Source: an uncultured archaeon
GTDB taxonomy: Archaea > Asgardarchaeota > Lokiarchaeia > Sigyniarchaeales > Promethearchaeaceae
Direction: 5' to 3'
Assembly (NCBI GenBank): GCA_964426185.1
Contig: CAYRPF010000022.1
Coordinates: 7,613-39,612, forward strand
Length of the DNA stretch: 32,000 bases
Numbering within the stretch: the first letter of the stretch is position 1; every line of letters starts with the position of its first letter. Made by a program: the position numbers and the translations under genes. Below, in pieces: positions 8,884-18,469 of the stretch. A model generated the notes under the pieces. The model ran no database searches and had not been told where the DNA came from. It was given only the letters and a program-made list of their open reading frames with translations.

Positions 8884-10104
8884 CTAAATGCGAGAGAAGC
8901 TCCAATTGGAAAAATCATGGGTAACAGAACGGAGATATTCGATTTTCTCTTGAATTGGAAAATAACGATTAAATCTTTGCATCCTATTCCAGAGCAGAGC
9001 ATAGTTTTCATATTTCTCGATCAATTTTCCATTCACTTTCTCCCAACTTCGCTCTTTTGCATATTTTAATCCTGCTTCTCGGAATTTATGATATTGTTCT
9101 GCATCGGTTAACATTATTTCACAAGCCCGTTTCCATTCTGTCATGTTTTTTGAGGGAACAATTATTCCTCCATTAGATGTTTTAACAATTTCCTGACAAC
9201 CCCCTTTATCAGAAACGATCACAGGGAGTCCGGATGCCAATGCTTCTTGAATTACTTGTCCAAAAGTTTCTGTGGTGGAAGGAAAAAGGAAAACATCAGA
9301 ACTGGCATATGCTTTTCCCAGTGCTTCTCCTTCTAAATAACCTGTAAATATGGCTTTAGGCATACTCTTTTCTAAATGTGAGCGAATTGGACCATCTCCG
9401 GCTAATACAAATGCAATGTCCTTATCAAGGCGATCTTCAAAATATCGGTATAATCGCACAAAAGTGCGAAGTCCTTTATACCAAACTAATCGACCAACAA
9501 AGAGAAATACTTTTTTGTTTTCAGCCCCCCATTGTTTGCGAAGAGTTTGCGAGCGATATTTTGGATTAAATTGATTTCGATCAATGCCACGTGACCAAAT
9601 ATCAACGTGTTTAACACCTTTGTGTTGAAGAAGATCTACATATTGTTGGGTTGGGGCGAAAACATTTAGGGCTTTATTATAAACTGCGACCATTGCTGGC
9701 CACATGGTTTTAACCAACCAGTCTACTTGAAAATATTTCATATATGATTGAAAATCGGTATGATGAATAAAAACTACGGGAATATTACGACGTTTGGCAT
9801 AAACTAAGGTTAATAACCCCATTAAGTCGGGTGTTGCGATATGAATGAGATCTGGCTGAAATTCATCTAATTCTCGATAAAATTTTATCGAAGGAAGCGC
9901 ACAGCGGTAATCCGGATAGAAATTAAATGGAATTGAAGGCACTTCGACTAATTTTAAGCCCTTTCGTTTTTGAGGGGTAATCATTGGGGCACCTAACAAT
10001 ATTCGGTGGTGTCTCTTTAAAAGAGAATCAACTAATTCATAGGTAGCACGGGCTACTCCATCTTGATTTTTTTTAAAAGTACCACTGTAAATTGCAAAGC
10101 GCAT
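8884..10104 (-). CDS. Glycosyltransferase family 4 (MgtA/SQD2-like)
   Basis: DGVAR, PDLIHIATP, WSRGID, LFVGRL, FLFPSTTETFGQVIQEALASGLPVI (E-x7-E). SD GAGGTG upstream of ATG 10104. Confidence 0.92.
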   Translation of the reverse strand: MRFAIYSGTFKKNQDGVARATYELVDSLLKRHHRILLGAPMITPQKRKGLKLVEVPSIPFNFYPDYRCALPSIKFYRELDEFQPDLIHIATPDLMGLLTLVYAKRRNIPVVFIHHTDFQSYMKYFQVDWLVKTMWPAMVAVYNKALNVFAPTQQYVDLLQHKGVKHVDIWSRGIDRNQFNPKYRSQTLRKQWGAENKKVFLFVGRLVWYKGLRTFVRLYRYFEDRLDKDIAFVLAGDGPIRSHLEKSMPKAIFTGYLEGEALGKAYASSDVFLFPSTTETFGQVIQEALASGLPVIVSDKGGCQEIVKTSNGGIIVPSKNMTEWKRACEIMLTDAEQYHKFREAGLKYAKERSWEKVNGKLIEKYENYALLWNRMQRFNRYFPIQEKIEYLRSVTHDFSNWSFSRI

Positions 10105-10322
10105 AAGTATAAATTCACCTCGAAACTTATTTATGATTTGGAGTCCAATTTCTATCTTCAAATGGTTACCCAAATAAATAATCTTCAATTTGTAACAAAC
10201 ATTTCGATAATATAAATTTAATTATCTGAAAAAAATTGCCCAGAAATTGATAAATCTAAAATATTCTTTCTCTTTTTGGAATTCTGGCAAATTTTACCTT
10301 CATTATGATTTTTTGAAGAAAT

Positions 10323-10598
10323 TTACGATCCCCCTTGGAGAGGTTGCAAAATAGAAATCTTATCGGATTTTTGAAGACGATATCGTTTAGCTTTTTTCGG
10401 CTCAATTTTTTCACCATTTACCATTATCAAATACAAATTTGAATTTAAATTCGAAATGGAAAAAAATTTGGTGTTAAAGATATGTCGTAGCTCTTTCAAC
10501 AGCATTTTAATTGTTCCGTCATCTGGGATATCGACTAGTTGATCTTTATGTAACATCCCACTGCCAAAATTACCTGTTATATTCACTTCTAATTGCAT
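10323..10598 (-). CDS. MoaD/ThiS/SAMP family ubiquitin-like sulfur carrier
   Basis: About 91 aa beta-grasp pattern (TIKMLLKEL, LIMVNG, LQKSDKISILQPLQGG). SD GGAGGT before ATG 10598; lies just downstream of AOR. Confidence 0.85.
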   Translation of the reverse strand: MQLEVNITGNFGSGMLHKDQLVDIPDDGTIKMLLKELRHIFNTKFFSISNLNSNLYLIMVNGEKIEPKKAKRYRLQKSDKISILQPLQGGS

Positions 10599-10875
10599 AT
10601 CCTTGAACCTCCCACATTTTTGAAGATATTGAAATTTATGCAAATAACTTCTAGAAATATTGAAAGAATATTGGAAATGAAAAAAGGTTAACATCCCGCT
10701 TAAAACTTTTGGATAGTTAGGTTATGGCATTTTCAGTAATTTGTTGAGGGACATACTAACAGTGCCGATGGTACCATGACTGATGGGTAGTATTTGATTG
10801 ACTATGACATAGTGAGACATAAGGAAAAAAAAAAATATTAGAAATGAAAATAATTAATCGTTTTTCAGATTTTTA

Positions 10876-12879
10876 CTAAAGATTTTCAGGAAGAATTGAA
10901 ATTGGCTCGTTATCTCCATCTTTACCAATAATATCTTTCGTAAAATCTAATCCCAATTTCTCTAATGTAGATTCCTCTGGAATTCCGGTTTGAGAATCCC
11001 ATTCCATGGCAGAGTAATAATCGCTTACCATCGTTTTTATATCCAAAGAAATTCCTTTCAAAGGTCCTTTTTCCATCGGTGGAATTCCTAATGCTCGGGT
11101 ATTAATTTTATGTTGAATTGCTCCATGTTTGGCATTGAAAGATTGTCTTAATGTTTGAATTCGATATCCGATAGTCATTAAATCTTCATTTGAAAGTTCA
11201 ATCCCCGTAGCGTTAGCAATAAAGCTGCGAACTTTCATGGAGCCTGACCATGAAGCAAAGTTACAGAAGCCTAGAGATGCCAAAGTCTGCTGGATTTTTG
11301 CAATATATGCTTGAGCCGGACCCTTCGAATCATATTTATGCTTTTTGGATTTGGGAATTTTCAAACCCTTGATAAATTTACCTACAGGACCGACTTCCAT
11401 GAAATCTACGCTTGCTGCAGTATGTCTACCTGGAGTTGGATCTGACACATAAGTCGTGGCTAAACTTGGACCGTATTTAGGATCATGCATCGGAAGCTCT
11501 TGGCCATTGGCGTGAACTGCAAATTTTTCCGCTCCATTACCGATTTTTTCTGCTGCAATTTTTACCCCTTCTGCTAGTATGGAACCAATATGTTCTCTTT
11601 TAACAATCATTTCCAGAAGCGGAATGATACATTCAGAATTCCCCCAACCAAGTTCCAAACCACCAGTATCTTCTTTTGTAATAATTCCTTGCTCATAACA
11701 TTCAATTGCAAAAGCGACTACTCCACCCGCTGAAATAGAATCATAACCCATTCGGTTAAGATATTCATTCACTTTTAACAAGGTTAAAACATCGTCATTT
11801 AGAATTAATGCCCCAAAGGCGGTGGCTGTTTCATATTCAACCCGATGTGTCTCTGAAAGATCGATTTCAGGTATTGAAAGGATCGCTCCACAACGTAATG
11901 GACATGCAAAACAACCATACGGTTTTTTCTTCCATTTTTCCAAATTGTGAGCAGTCAAGTTGCGTACCTTACTTTGGGGAAAATCAAGATATCCAATTCC
12001 TGCCCAATTTTTTACCGGAGCATCTCCTACTTCAGAGGAAATTGCAGTACTCATCCCAGTTCCATATTTTGACATCATAGTTACCTGCATTCCTGCTGTG
12101 AGGAACATATCCATTTTAAGAAACCGTAGCATACCTGGTAAAATATTATTGAATTTCATCATCACCCGACTCATCACATCTTTGAAATTCATTTTATCCT
12201 TGTATTCTTTGGTTAATTGTATGACTGCGTATTTGTCCTTATATGGATAGGATATATTTCCTTTGAGAGCAACGGCTTTTAATTTCTTCGCCCCCATCAC
12301 TGCACCCAATCCCGATCGAGCGGCTAAACGTCCTTTATCGTTTACTATTCCAGCATTACGCACTAAATTCTCCCCTGCCGGACCTATGGCGGCTACGTGC
12401 AATCGATTTCCATGCTGAAGCTTGAGAATTTCTTCCGTTTCTACTGCGTCTTTTCCCCACACCGCTGTAGCATCTTCGATGGTGGCTTTGCCTTCCTTAA
12501 CTAACAGATATACGGGCTTATCGCTCAATCCCGTGCATACAATCCCATCGTAACCGCATTTTTTAATTTCGGGACCGAAGGTGCCTCCGCTGTTAGAATC
12601 TCCCCAACCACCGGTTAGAGGGCTCTTTCCACAAACCATATAACGGCCGCTGAAGGGAGTGGTTGTTCCGGTTAATAAACCCGGCATGAAAGCCAAAGCA
12701 TTATCTGGTCCGAGAGGGTCTGCATCGGCTGGAATTTCTTCATATAAAATTCGTGCTGCCAAACCATATCCTCCTAGATACTGAAGATACCATTCATCTG
12801 GAATACTTCGCTCTGAAACTTCCTTTTTTGTTAAATCCACCCACAATATTTTACCAAAATATCCGAATTTTTCTTCCAT
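10876..12879 (-). CDS. aor: Tungsten-type aldehyde:ferredoxin oxidoreductase family protein
   Basis: GKILWVDLT, YLGGYGL, DPLGPDN, KSPLTGGWGDSNSGG, IGPAGE, ARSGLGAVMGAKKLKAV, Fe-S CFACPLRC, EYET, GQELPMHDP. SD AGGTGA before ATG 12879. Confidence 0.93.
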   Translation of the reverse strand: MEEKFGYFGKILWVDLTKKEVSERSIPDEWYLQYLGGYGLAARILYEEIPADADPLGPDNALAFMPGLLTGTTTPFSGRYMVCGKSPLTGGWGDSNSGGTFGPEIKKCGYDGIVCTGLSDKPVYLLVKEGKATIEDATAVWGKDAVETEEILKLQHGNRLHVAAIGPAGENLVRNAGIVNDKGRLAARSGLGAVMGAKKLKAVALKGNISYPYKDKYAVIQLTKEYKDKMNFKDVMSRVMMKFNNILPGMLRFLKMDMFLTAGMQVTMMSKYGTGMSTAISSEVGDAPVKNWAGIGYLDFPQSKVRNLTAHNLEKWKKKPYGCFACPLRCGAILSIPEIDLSETHRVEYETATAFGALILNDDVLTLLKVNEYLNRMGYDSISAGGVVAFAIECYEQGIITKEDTGGLELGWGNSECIIPLLEMIVKREHIGSILAEGVKIAAEKIGNGAEKFAVHANGQELPMHDPKYGPSLATTYVSDPTPGRHTAASVDFMEVGPVGKFIKGLKIPKSKKHKYDSKGPAQAYIAKIQQTLASLGFCNFASWSGSMKVRSFIANATGIELSNEDLMTIGYRIQTLRQSFNAKHGAIQHKINTRALGIPPMEKGPLKGISLDIKTMVSDYYSAMEWDSQTGIPEESTLEKLGLDFTKDIIGKDGDNEPISILPENL

Positions 12880-13021
12880 ATATATAATCACCTTGTTATT
12901 TTTACTATTTGTTTGAATTTAGTATAAAATGTTTCCTTTTGATTTTAATTAGATAGTAAAATACCTTAATTATCGGATTCTCATATAAATGTAGTCCGCG
13001 TGGAAGCTTCCGCATATTTGA

Positions 13022-13180
13022 CATCTCGTAAATATCTGTAAGCAATACTGTGATCCTTGTTCTTCATATAAACCGAATGAATTAATGAAATCTCCCCCTA
13101 ATGCACTGTTCTGTGCTCGAGGACCCTCGGAATTGCCGGATTTTGATATCAAAATGAATGGTTGTAATTGTAGCAAATGT
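13022..13180 (+). pseudogene. Remnant of a DUF2769-like Cys-rich protein
   Basis: In-frame NICKQYCDPCSSY...ALFCARGPS...GCNCSKC. Preceded by in-frame TGA (13019-13021) and TAG, with no usable start for the first Cys cluster; the expected final Cys-containing segment is missing. Confidence 0.55.
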
Positions 13181-13206
13181 CTTACAGATTTACTTTTTTT
13201 TCCTTA

Positions 13207-13572
13207 TTACTTTTTAATTCTGAGTTCTCCTAAAAATTGGACCATATTTCCAAAAGGATCCCATGCATCGAACACTGAATTTTCGATGTCTCGACTTTTA
13301 AATCACTCAAAAATTTCTTTGTTTTATCAATATCACGCACATTAAAATAGATAACCGCTGAATTCAAACGGATTACAACTTTTTCCTTTAAATCTAATCC
13401 GATTCGCAAACCTTCCACTGGAGATGATAATTCCAACCATCCCATATCCTTTGCTTCTTCGAAAACCACAGAAAATCCTAAAATATTGTCGTAAAATCTC
13501 AAAGCTACCTCAAAATCCGTTACTGGAATGTGAACATATACCATCATACCCAATCAAGTTCTTATTATCCAT
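13207..13572 (-). pseudogene. Frameshifted VOC/glyoxalase family gene
   Basis: Core VYVHIPVTDFEVALRFYDNILGF...IYFNVRDID is in one frame; the canonical end FDAWDPFGNMVQFLGELRIKK* is in another (shift near 13280). A likely true start MDNKNLIGYDG at 13572 is also out of frame with the core. Confidence 0.7.
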
Positions 13573-13635
13573 ATTAAAGTTAATCGCCTAGCTGTTTAAA
13601 AATACATGGATTACTTTTCATCATGAGAACCTCAG

Positions 13636-13718
13636 CAAAAACCTTTTAATTTTTGGTGACTTAGACTTCCATAAGATCAGATGGTTCTCTTTCCATCTTC
13701 CAAAATGGAAAAAGAACC
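13636..13718 (+). promoter_or_regulatory. Thermosome promoter (BRE/TATA-like caaaaaccTTTTAA) and 14-bp stem-loop in the 5' leader
   Basis: GGTTCTCTTTCCAT (13683-13696) / ATGGAAAAAGAACC (13705-13718), 13 of 14 positions complementary; SD GAGGT follows. Confidence 0.45.
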
Positions 13719-13745
13719 TAAAAAATCATTACAGAGGTTTAAAAA

Positions 13746-15413
13746 ATGTCACAATTAGGCGGAACTCCCGTATTAATCTTAAAAGAAGGTGCAGAACGAC
13801 AATCTGGTAAAGATGCATCTCGAAATAATATTCTCGCCGCAAAAACAATTGCTGAAGCAGTCCGCAGCTCTTTAGGACCTCGCGGAATGGATAAAATGTT
13901 AGTTGATCAATTTGGCGATGTGACCATTACTAATGATGGTGCCACCATCTTGAAAGAAATTGAAGTGCAACACCCAGCTGCAAAGATGTTAGTGGAAGTT
14001 GCCAAAACTCAAGATGAAGAGACTGGTGATGGGACAACCACTTCCGTAATCTTAGCAGGTGAATTACTGAAACGTGCCGAAAAATTGCTTGATCAGAAGA
14101 TTCATCCTACAGTTATTACCGAAGGCTTTCGGAAAGCAGCAAATAAAGCGTTAGAGATTTTAGATGAAATAGCAACGACTGTTTCACCTACTGATAAGGA
14201 AATCTTAAAGAAAGCGGCAAAGACATCCATGAGTTCAAAAATAATCCATGAATACGACAATTTAATTGCTGATATCGTGGTTGATGCATGTTTAGCGGTT
14301 CGAGAGGAAATCGATGGTCAAAATTTGGTTGATTTGGATCGAATTCAAATCCAAAAGAAAGAAGGTGATTCTATTGAGGAGACCAAATTTATTTCCGGAA
14401 TTATCTTGGACAAAGAAATTGTTAATTCTGGAATGCCTAAACGGATAGATGATGCAAAAATTCTCTTGATTTCTGCCGCAGTTGAGGTAGAAAAAACCGA
14501 ATTTGATGCAAAATTACAAATTACGAGTCCCGATCAAATTAATGCCTTTTTAGACCAAGAACAACACATGTTGGAAGAATTAGTGGAAAAGATTGCCGCT
14601 ACTGGCGCCAATGTTGTAATTTGCCAGAAAGGTATTGACGATATGGCTCAACATTTCTTGGTTAAGAAAGGTATCGCCGCTGTGCGTCGGGTGAAAAAGT
14701 CCGATTTAGAAAAATTGTCTAAAGCCACAGGAGCAGTGATTTATTCCAATTTGGATGATATGTCTACCGAAGGTTTGGGATTTGCCGGTTTAGTCGAAGA
14801 GCGTAAGGTAATGAATGAAAATTGGGTGTTCGTAGAAAAATGCAAGCATCCAAAGTCTGTGGTTGTATTCATCCGGGGCGGAACCGAATTAGTTGTGGAT
14901 GAAACCGAACGTTCCATTCACGATGCTCTTTCTGTTGTAAAGGATGTCATTGAAGAACCAAGCATTGTGGGTGGTGGTGGTGCACCGGAGGCAGAAGTGG
15001 CTAAAGGTTTGCGAAAATTTGCCGAAACCTTGGAAGGTCGTGAGCAATTAGCAGTTGAAGTCTTTGCTGATTCCATGGATATCATTCCCAAAACCTTGGC
15101 TGAAAATGCAGGATTAGATCAAATTGAAATGTTAATGAAAATTCGAGCCGCTCACGGAGAGGGAAAGAAATACGCCGGTTTGAATTTGGAAGAGATGAAA
15201 GTCGAAGATGATATGACCAAAATTGATGTAATTGAACCCGTAGCGGTGAAGAAACAAACCATTAAATCGGCTTCCGAAAGTGCTCAAATGATTTTACGCA
15301 TTGATGATATCATAGCCAGCGGAAAATCAGACAATCCAGCCGGTCCTCCAGGTGGTATGGGTGGTATGGGTGGTATGGGCGGCATGGGTGGAATGCCTCC
15401 GGGTATGATGTAA
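13746..15413 (+). CDS. ths: Thermosome subunit (group II chaperonin)
   Basis: [52 protein letters not shown] and a GGM-repeat tail. Confidence 0.97.
   Translation: MSQLGGTPVLILKEGAERQSGKDASRNNILAAKTIAEAVRSSLGPRGMDKMLVDQFGDVTITNDGATILKEIEVQHPAAKMLVEVAKTQDEETGDGTTTSVILAGELLKRAEKLLDQKIHPTVITEGFRKAANKALEILDEIATTVSPTDKEILKKAAKTSMSSKIIHEYDNLIADIVVDACLAVREEIDGQNLVDLDRIQIQKKEGDSIEETKFISGIILDKEIVNSGMPKRIDDAKILLISAAVEVEKTEFDAKLQITSPDQINAFLDQEQHMLEELVEKIAATGANVVICQKGIDDMAQHFLVKKGIAAVRRVKKSDLEKLSKATGAVIYSNLDDMSTEGLGFAGLVEERKVMNENWVFVEKCKHPKSVVVFIRGGTELVVDETERSIHDALSVVKDVIEEPSIVGGGGAPEAEVAKGLRKFAETLEGREQLAVEVFADSMDIIPKTLAENAGLDQIEMLMKIRAAHGEGKKYAGLNLEEMKVEDDMTKIDVIEPVAVKKQTIKSASESAQMILRIDDIIASGKSDNPAGPPGGMGGMGGMGGMGGMPPGMM
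15349..15410 (+). repeat. Coding tandem repeat (GGTGGTATG)n encoding the GGM tail of the chaperonin
   Basis: ggtggtatg x3, then ggcggcatg ggtggaatg. Confidence 0.9.
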
Positions 15414-15415
15414 GC

Positions 15416-15452
15416 GCAAAAATTTTTTTTTGCATTGCTTTCATTCTTTTTT
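15416..15452 (+). terminator. Putative terminator after the thermosome gene
   Basis: GCAAAAA...TTTTTGC short inverted repeat plus oligo-T tracts directly after the stop codon. Confidence 0.45.
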
Positions 15453-15620
15453 ATTCTTATTTTTAAATTTAAGGGGATTATGTTAGGCAAATCTAGATAG
15501 TTATTTAACTAAAATGAAAGAATTATTTATTTGTAAGTATTATGAATAAGTAGAGATTCTCTGCTAATTAGTAAAGATGTGAACACGTTTTTAGATAGGC
15601 GATTTTAGGAGCTGAAATTA

Positions 15621-16427
15621 GTGAGCATGAAAACCAATATATCACAAGAAGTTTATGCAGCATTAAAAGAATACGGTCTTACAGATTATGAAACTCGTGC
15701 ATTTGTTGCATTAATCACCAATGGTGTTAGTTCCGCCAAGGAACTGAGTGATCGGACAAATATCCCTTATAGTCGGATTTATGATGTATTGGTTAATTTA
15801 GAGACTCAACAATGGGTGAAAGTTATCAGCGGGCGCCCAATGAAATATAAAGCTGAACGTCCTGCTTTTGTGGCTAAATTGGCTAAAAAAGAATTGGAAG
15901 AGAAATACCAACGGATTGAATCTGCACTGTTGGAAAAACTGGAACCGCTATATGGTGCAGAAGAAACGGTTGAATCTACTCCAATTTGGATTCTAAATGG
16001 GCAAGTTTTCCAGAAAGTGGAGGAAATGATTAGAACCACATCTAAAAACCTAACCCTCTTTTTGAAAAATCCGAATGAGAAAATGATCTCGGATTATTTT
16101 GATATATTTTTAGATCTCTCGGAAAAAAAGGTCGAAATCAATGTTTTGGTGGATGAAACTCACCTGAAAATCCAAAATAAAAATACTTGGCGAAAATTGG
16201 CTTCGATTGCGCACATTCAATTAGTGAAACATGTTTTATTCGATGCATTTTTGTTTGATCAATCTGAAATGATTATCTTTTTGACTTCATTTATGAAAAT
16301 TGACATAAAAGATGAGAATATGGTATTTTTAATCCAAGAAAATCGGCTGATCAATTATAGTAAAACGTATTTTAAAATGCTCTGGAGCATGGGTCGAAAG
16401 TTTTCAATGCGAGAATTTAATAACTAA
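15621..16427 (+). CDS. TrmB family transcriptional regulator
   Basis: LKEYGLTDYETRAFVAL...AKELSDRTNIPYSRIYDVLVNLE...GRPMKYKA, then a C-terminal effector-like domain. Confidence 0.9.
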   Translation: MSMKTNISQEVYAALKEYGLTDYETRAFVALITNGVSSAKELSDRTNIPYSRIYDVLVNLETQQWVKVISGRPMKYKAERPAFVAKLAKKELEEKYQRIESALLEKLEPLYGAEETVESTPIWILNGQVFQKVEEMIRTTSKNLTLFLKNPNEKMISDYFDIFLDLSEKKVEINVLVDETHLKIQNKNTWRKLASIAHIQLVKHVLFDAFLFDQSEMIIFLTSFMKIDIKDENMVFLIQENRLINYSKTYFKMLWSMGRKFSMREFNN

Positions 16428-16466
16428 TTACGGAAAATTTTTTGGAATTCTAATTTTTAAATAATT

Positions 16467-16856
16467 ATGGTGTTAGTTGCCGTTCTTGCTGGATCCACCT
16501 CAGATGAGAAGGTGTATCAAAAAGCATTAGATGTTTTAAAAGAACATCAAATAGATCATGAATTGAGAATTTTATCTGCTCACCGAAATCCTAAAGAATT
16601 GGAAGAATATGTGCGCACAACCGATGCACAAGTCTTTATTTGTGTGGCTGGTCTTTCTGCTGCATTACCTGGAGTAGTCGCGTCGCAAACCAAAAAACCC
16701 GTGATTGGAGTTCCCGTTAGTGCCAAGCTTGGAGGATTAGATGCTTTATTATCTATTGCTCAGATGCCTCCAGGAGTACCGGTTGCTTGCGTTGGAATTG
16801 ATAATGGAAAAAATGCCGTTTATTTAGCAATGCGAATATTAGAGATAGAGAAATAA
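16467..16856 (+). CDS. purE: AIR carboxylase / N5-CAIR mutase PurE
   Basis: [51 protein letters not shown]. Confidence 0.93.
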   Translation: MVLVAVLAGSTSDEKVYQKALDVLKEHQIDHELRILSAHRNPKELEEYVRTTDAQVFICVAGLSAALPGVVASQTKKPVIGVPVSAKLGGLDALLSIAQMPPGVPVACVGIDNGKNAVYLAMRILEIEK

Positions 16857-17144
16857 TTTCCAACCCTTGGACCTTTTTTTCATTCGTTTTCTTCTAGATA
16901 TTTCCTAATTCATGCTGTAATTTTCCATTTTTCGAAATGGTGGTATATTATAATCAGTTAAATATACTTAAAAAGAGGGTTCCAACAAAATATGCGGATC
17001 TTTATCTTCTTGAAAATTTTTGGAAAAATTAGGCAAAAAAAATGTGAATAAATTGTACAAGGTGGTAGCAATCCAAAAGAAGAAAAAAATAACCACAATC
17101 ATGGTTAGAGAGAATTATTCACCTTAGGGGGAATTAATATTAAT

Positions 17145-18383
17145 TTATTTATTATTTGATTCTTTCGGCTTAATTCCGAAAACTTCTTCAACTATCGGTT
17201 GTATGTGAAGTTTACGGGTGTCTCCATTGAAGTTTTCCAAATCAGGATGAGATTTTTCAATTTTTTCCACTAATTCTTCCAATATTGTGTGGTAAACACC
17301 TAAATTTTCATCGGCGAGTAACAAACAGAGAACTACTTTACCTTGTTTGAATATCAGCGATTTTTCTCCTATTTCAATATTTTCTAACTTACCACGTTCG
17401 CCCGAAATTTCCGAAAGCATTCCTTTAATGCCAACCAAACCGCCTGCAACTAAGTCTGTATTTGGTCGACTTTCATCTTCTGGAATTGATGCAGTAACTC
17501 GAATATCTCCATGTAATTCCGCCGCAGCAATCTCCGCAAACGATTGGTAATATAAAGAGATTCCAGTCTCTGCGATGATCACATGAAGTTCTTTCATTCC
17601 AGATTTCCATGAAAATTCGTCGTATGATGGAATTGAAAGGAAAAAATAACGCATGATGAGAAATCCAATCAGTTCAATTATGGTCCCATAGACATACCAC
17701 CAATTTTGATCGTAACCTTCCTTTCCTCTCACAATAATTTCAATTGCTCCTCCAACTCCTGCGATTATGATTCCTAAAATTCCGAGAAGGACTTTTCTTC
17801 TCACTTCGCGTTGCGGGGATAGTTTTACTACTAAAATAAACACAATCCCCAGAAAATCAATAATACTGAAGCCAAATATCACTAAGATCACTGGAATCAT
17901 AGTGGGAGAAGAAATTATCACGTATTTGATGTTTGCGGGATCGGAGGCACATAAAACCATCCAAACAAACATATAGATTACCGTTAAAATTCCAAATAGC
18001 CCAATTGAATAAAGAAGGATTTTTTTACCTTTTAGCAATATTAACAAGCAGACATATCCTATTGAAACGATAATAGACAGCATTATAATGTACTGTAGAG
18101 GTGGAATCCAAGCTAAATTCATTTGGCTGGCTTCGAAATCACTTTTCAAAAAGTAGTTCAGGAAAGCGGGAAACAAATATAACCCGTATCCCAACATAGC
18201 GCAAGATATTATAAAGAATACCATATACGCGGGATCACCACGTGTTCGTTTATCCGCGCGAATATATCTTGCGAGCAAATCACTTCCAAATAAGGTCAAT
18301 AAGAGGATAAATGCTCCATAAAGCACCATCACGATTACTTCGATGGTTGTAAATGAATGATTCAGATTTTCCAGAAATAGCAC
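17145..18383 (-). CDS. Seven-TM membrane protein with a C-terminal longin/roadblock-like domain
   Basis: Seven hydrophobic segments in the first ~250 aa, then LHVIIAETGISLYYQSF...DLVAGGLVGIKGMLSEISG...LENIEIGEKSLIF...VLCLLLAD plus terminal helices. SD GGGAG before GTG. Confidence 0.75.
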   Translation of the reverse strand: MLFLENLNHSFTTIEVIVMVLYGAFILLLTLFGSDLLARYIRADKRTRGDPAYMVFFIISCAMLGYGLYLFPAFLNYFLKSDFEASQMNLAWIPPLQYIIMLSIIVSIGYVCLLILLKGKKILLYSIGLFGILTVIYMFVWMVLCASDPANIKYVIISSPTMIPVILVIFGFSIIDFLGIVFILVVKLSPQREVRRKVLLGILGIIIAGVGGAIEIIVRGKEGYDQNWWYVYGTIIELIGFLIMRYFFLSIPSYDEFSWKSGMKELHVIIAETGISLYYQSFAEIAAAELHGDIRVTASIPEDESRPNTDLVAGGLVGIKGMLSEISGERGKLENIEIGEKSLIFKQGKVVLCLLLADENLGVYHTILEELVEKIEKSHPDLENFNGDTRKLHIQPIVEEVFGIKPKESNNK

Positions 18384-18469
18384 TTTTGATTATCTCCCTA
18401 AGAATTATTAATTGATTATACTATTGTTTATTTGTGCCTAAATAATTTAAGCATTTTTTATTTTTTCAT

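Noticed and set aside
10723-10820. 32-codon minus-strand ORF (MSHYVIVNQ...) between aor and moaD
   Set aside because: No recognisable motif or SD; the length is expected by chance.
12985-13040. In-frame TGA/TAG ahead of a Cys-rich domain read as selenocysteine or pyrrolysine
   Set aside because: The TGA is not at a Cys-motif position, a second stop lies just upstream, the C-terminus is also truncated, and I see no SECIS-like element; decay is simpler.
15349-15410. 9-bp tandem repeat as a CRISPR or mobile repeat
   Set aside because: It simply encodes the well-known GGM tail of chaperonins.
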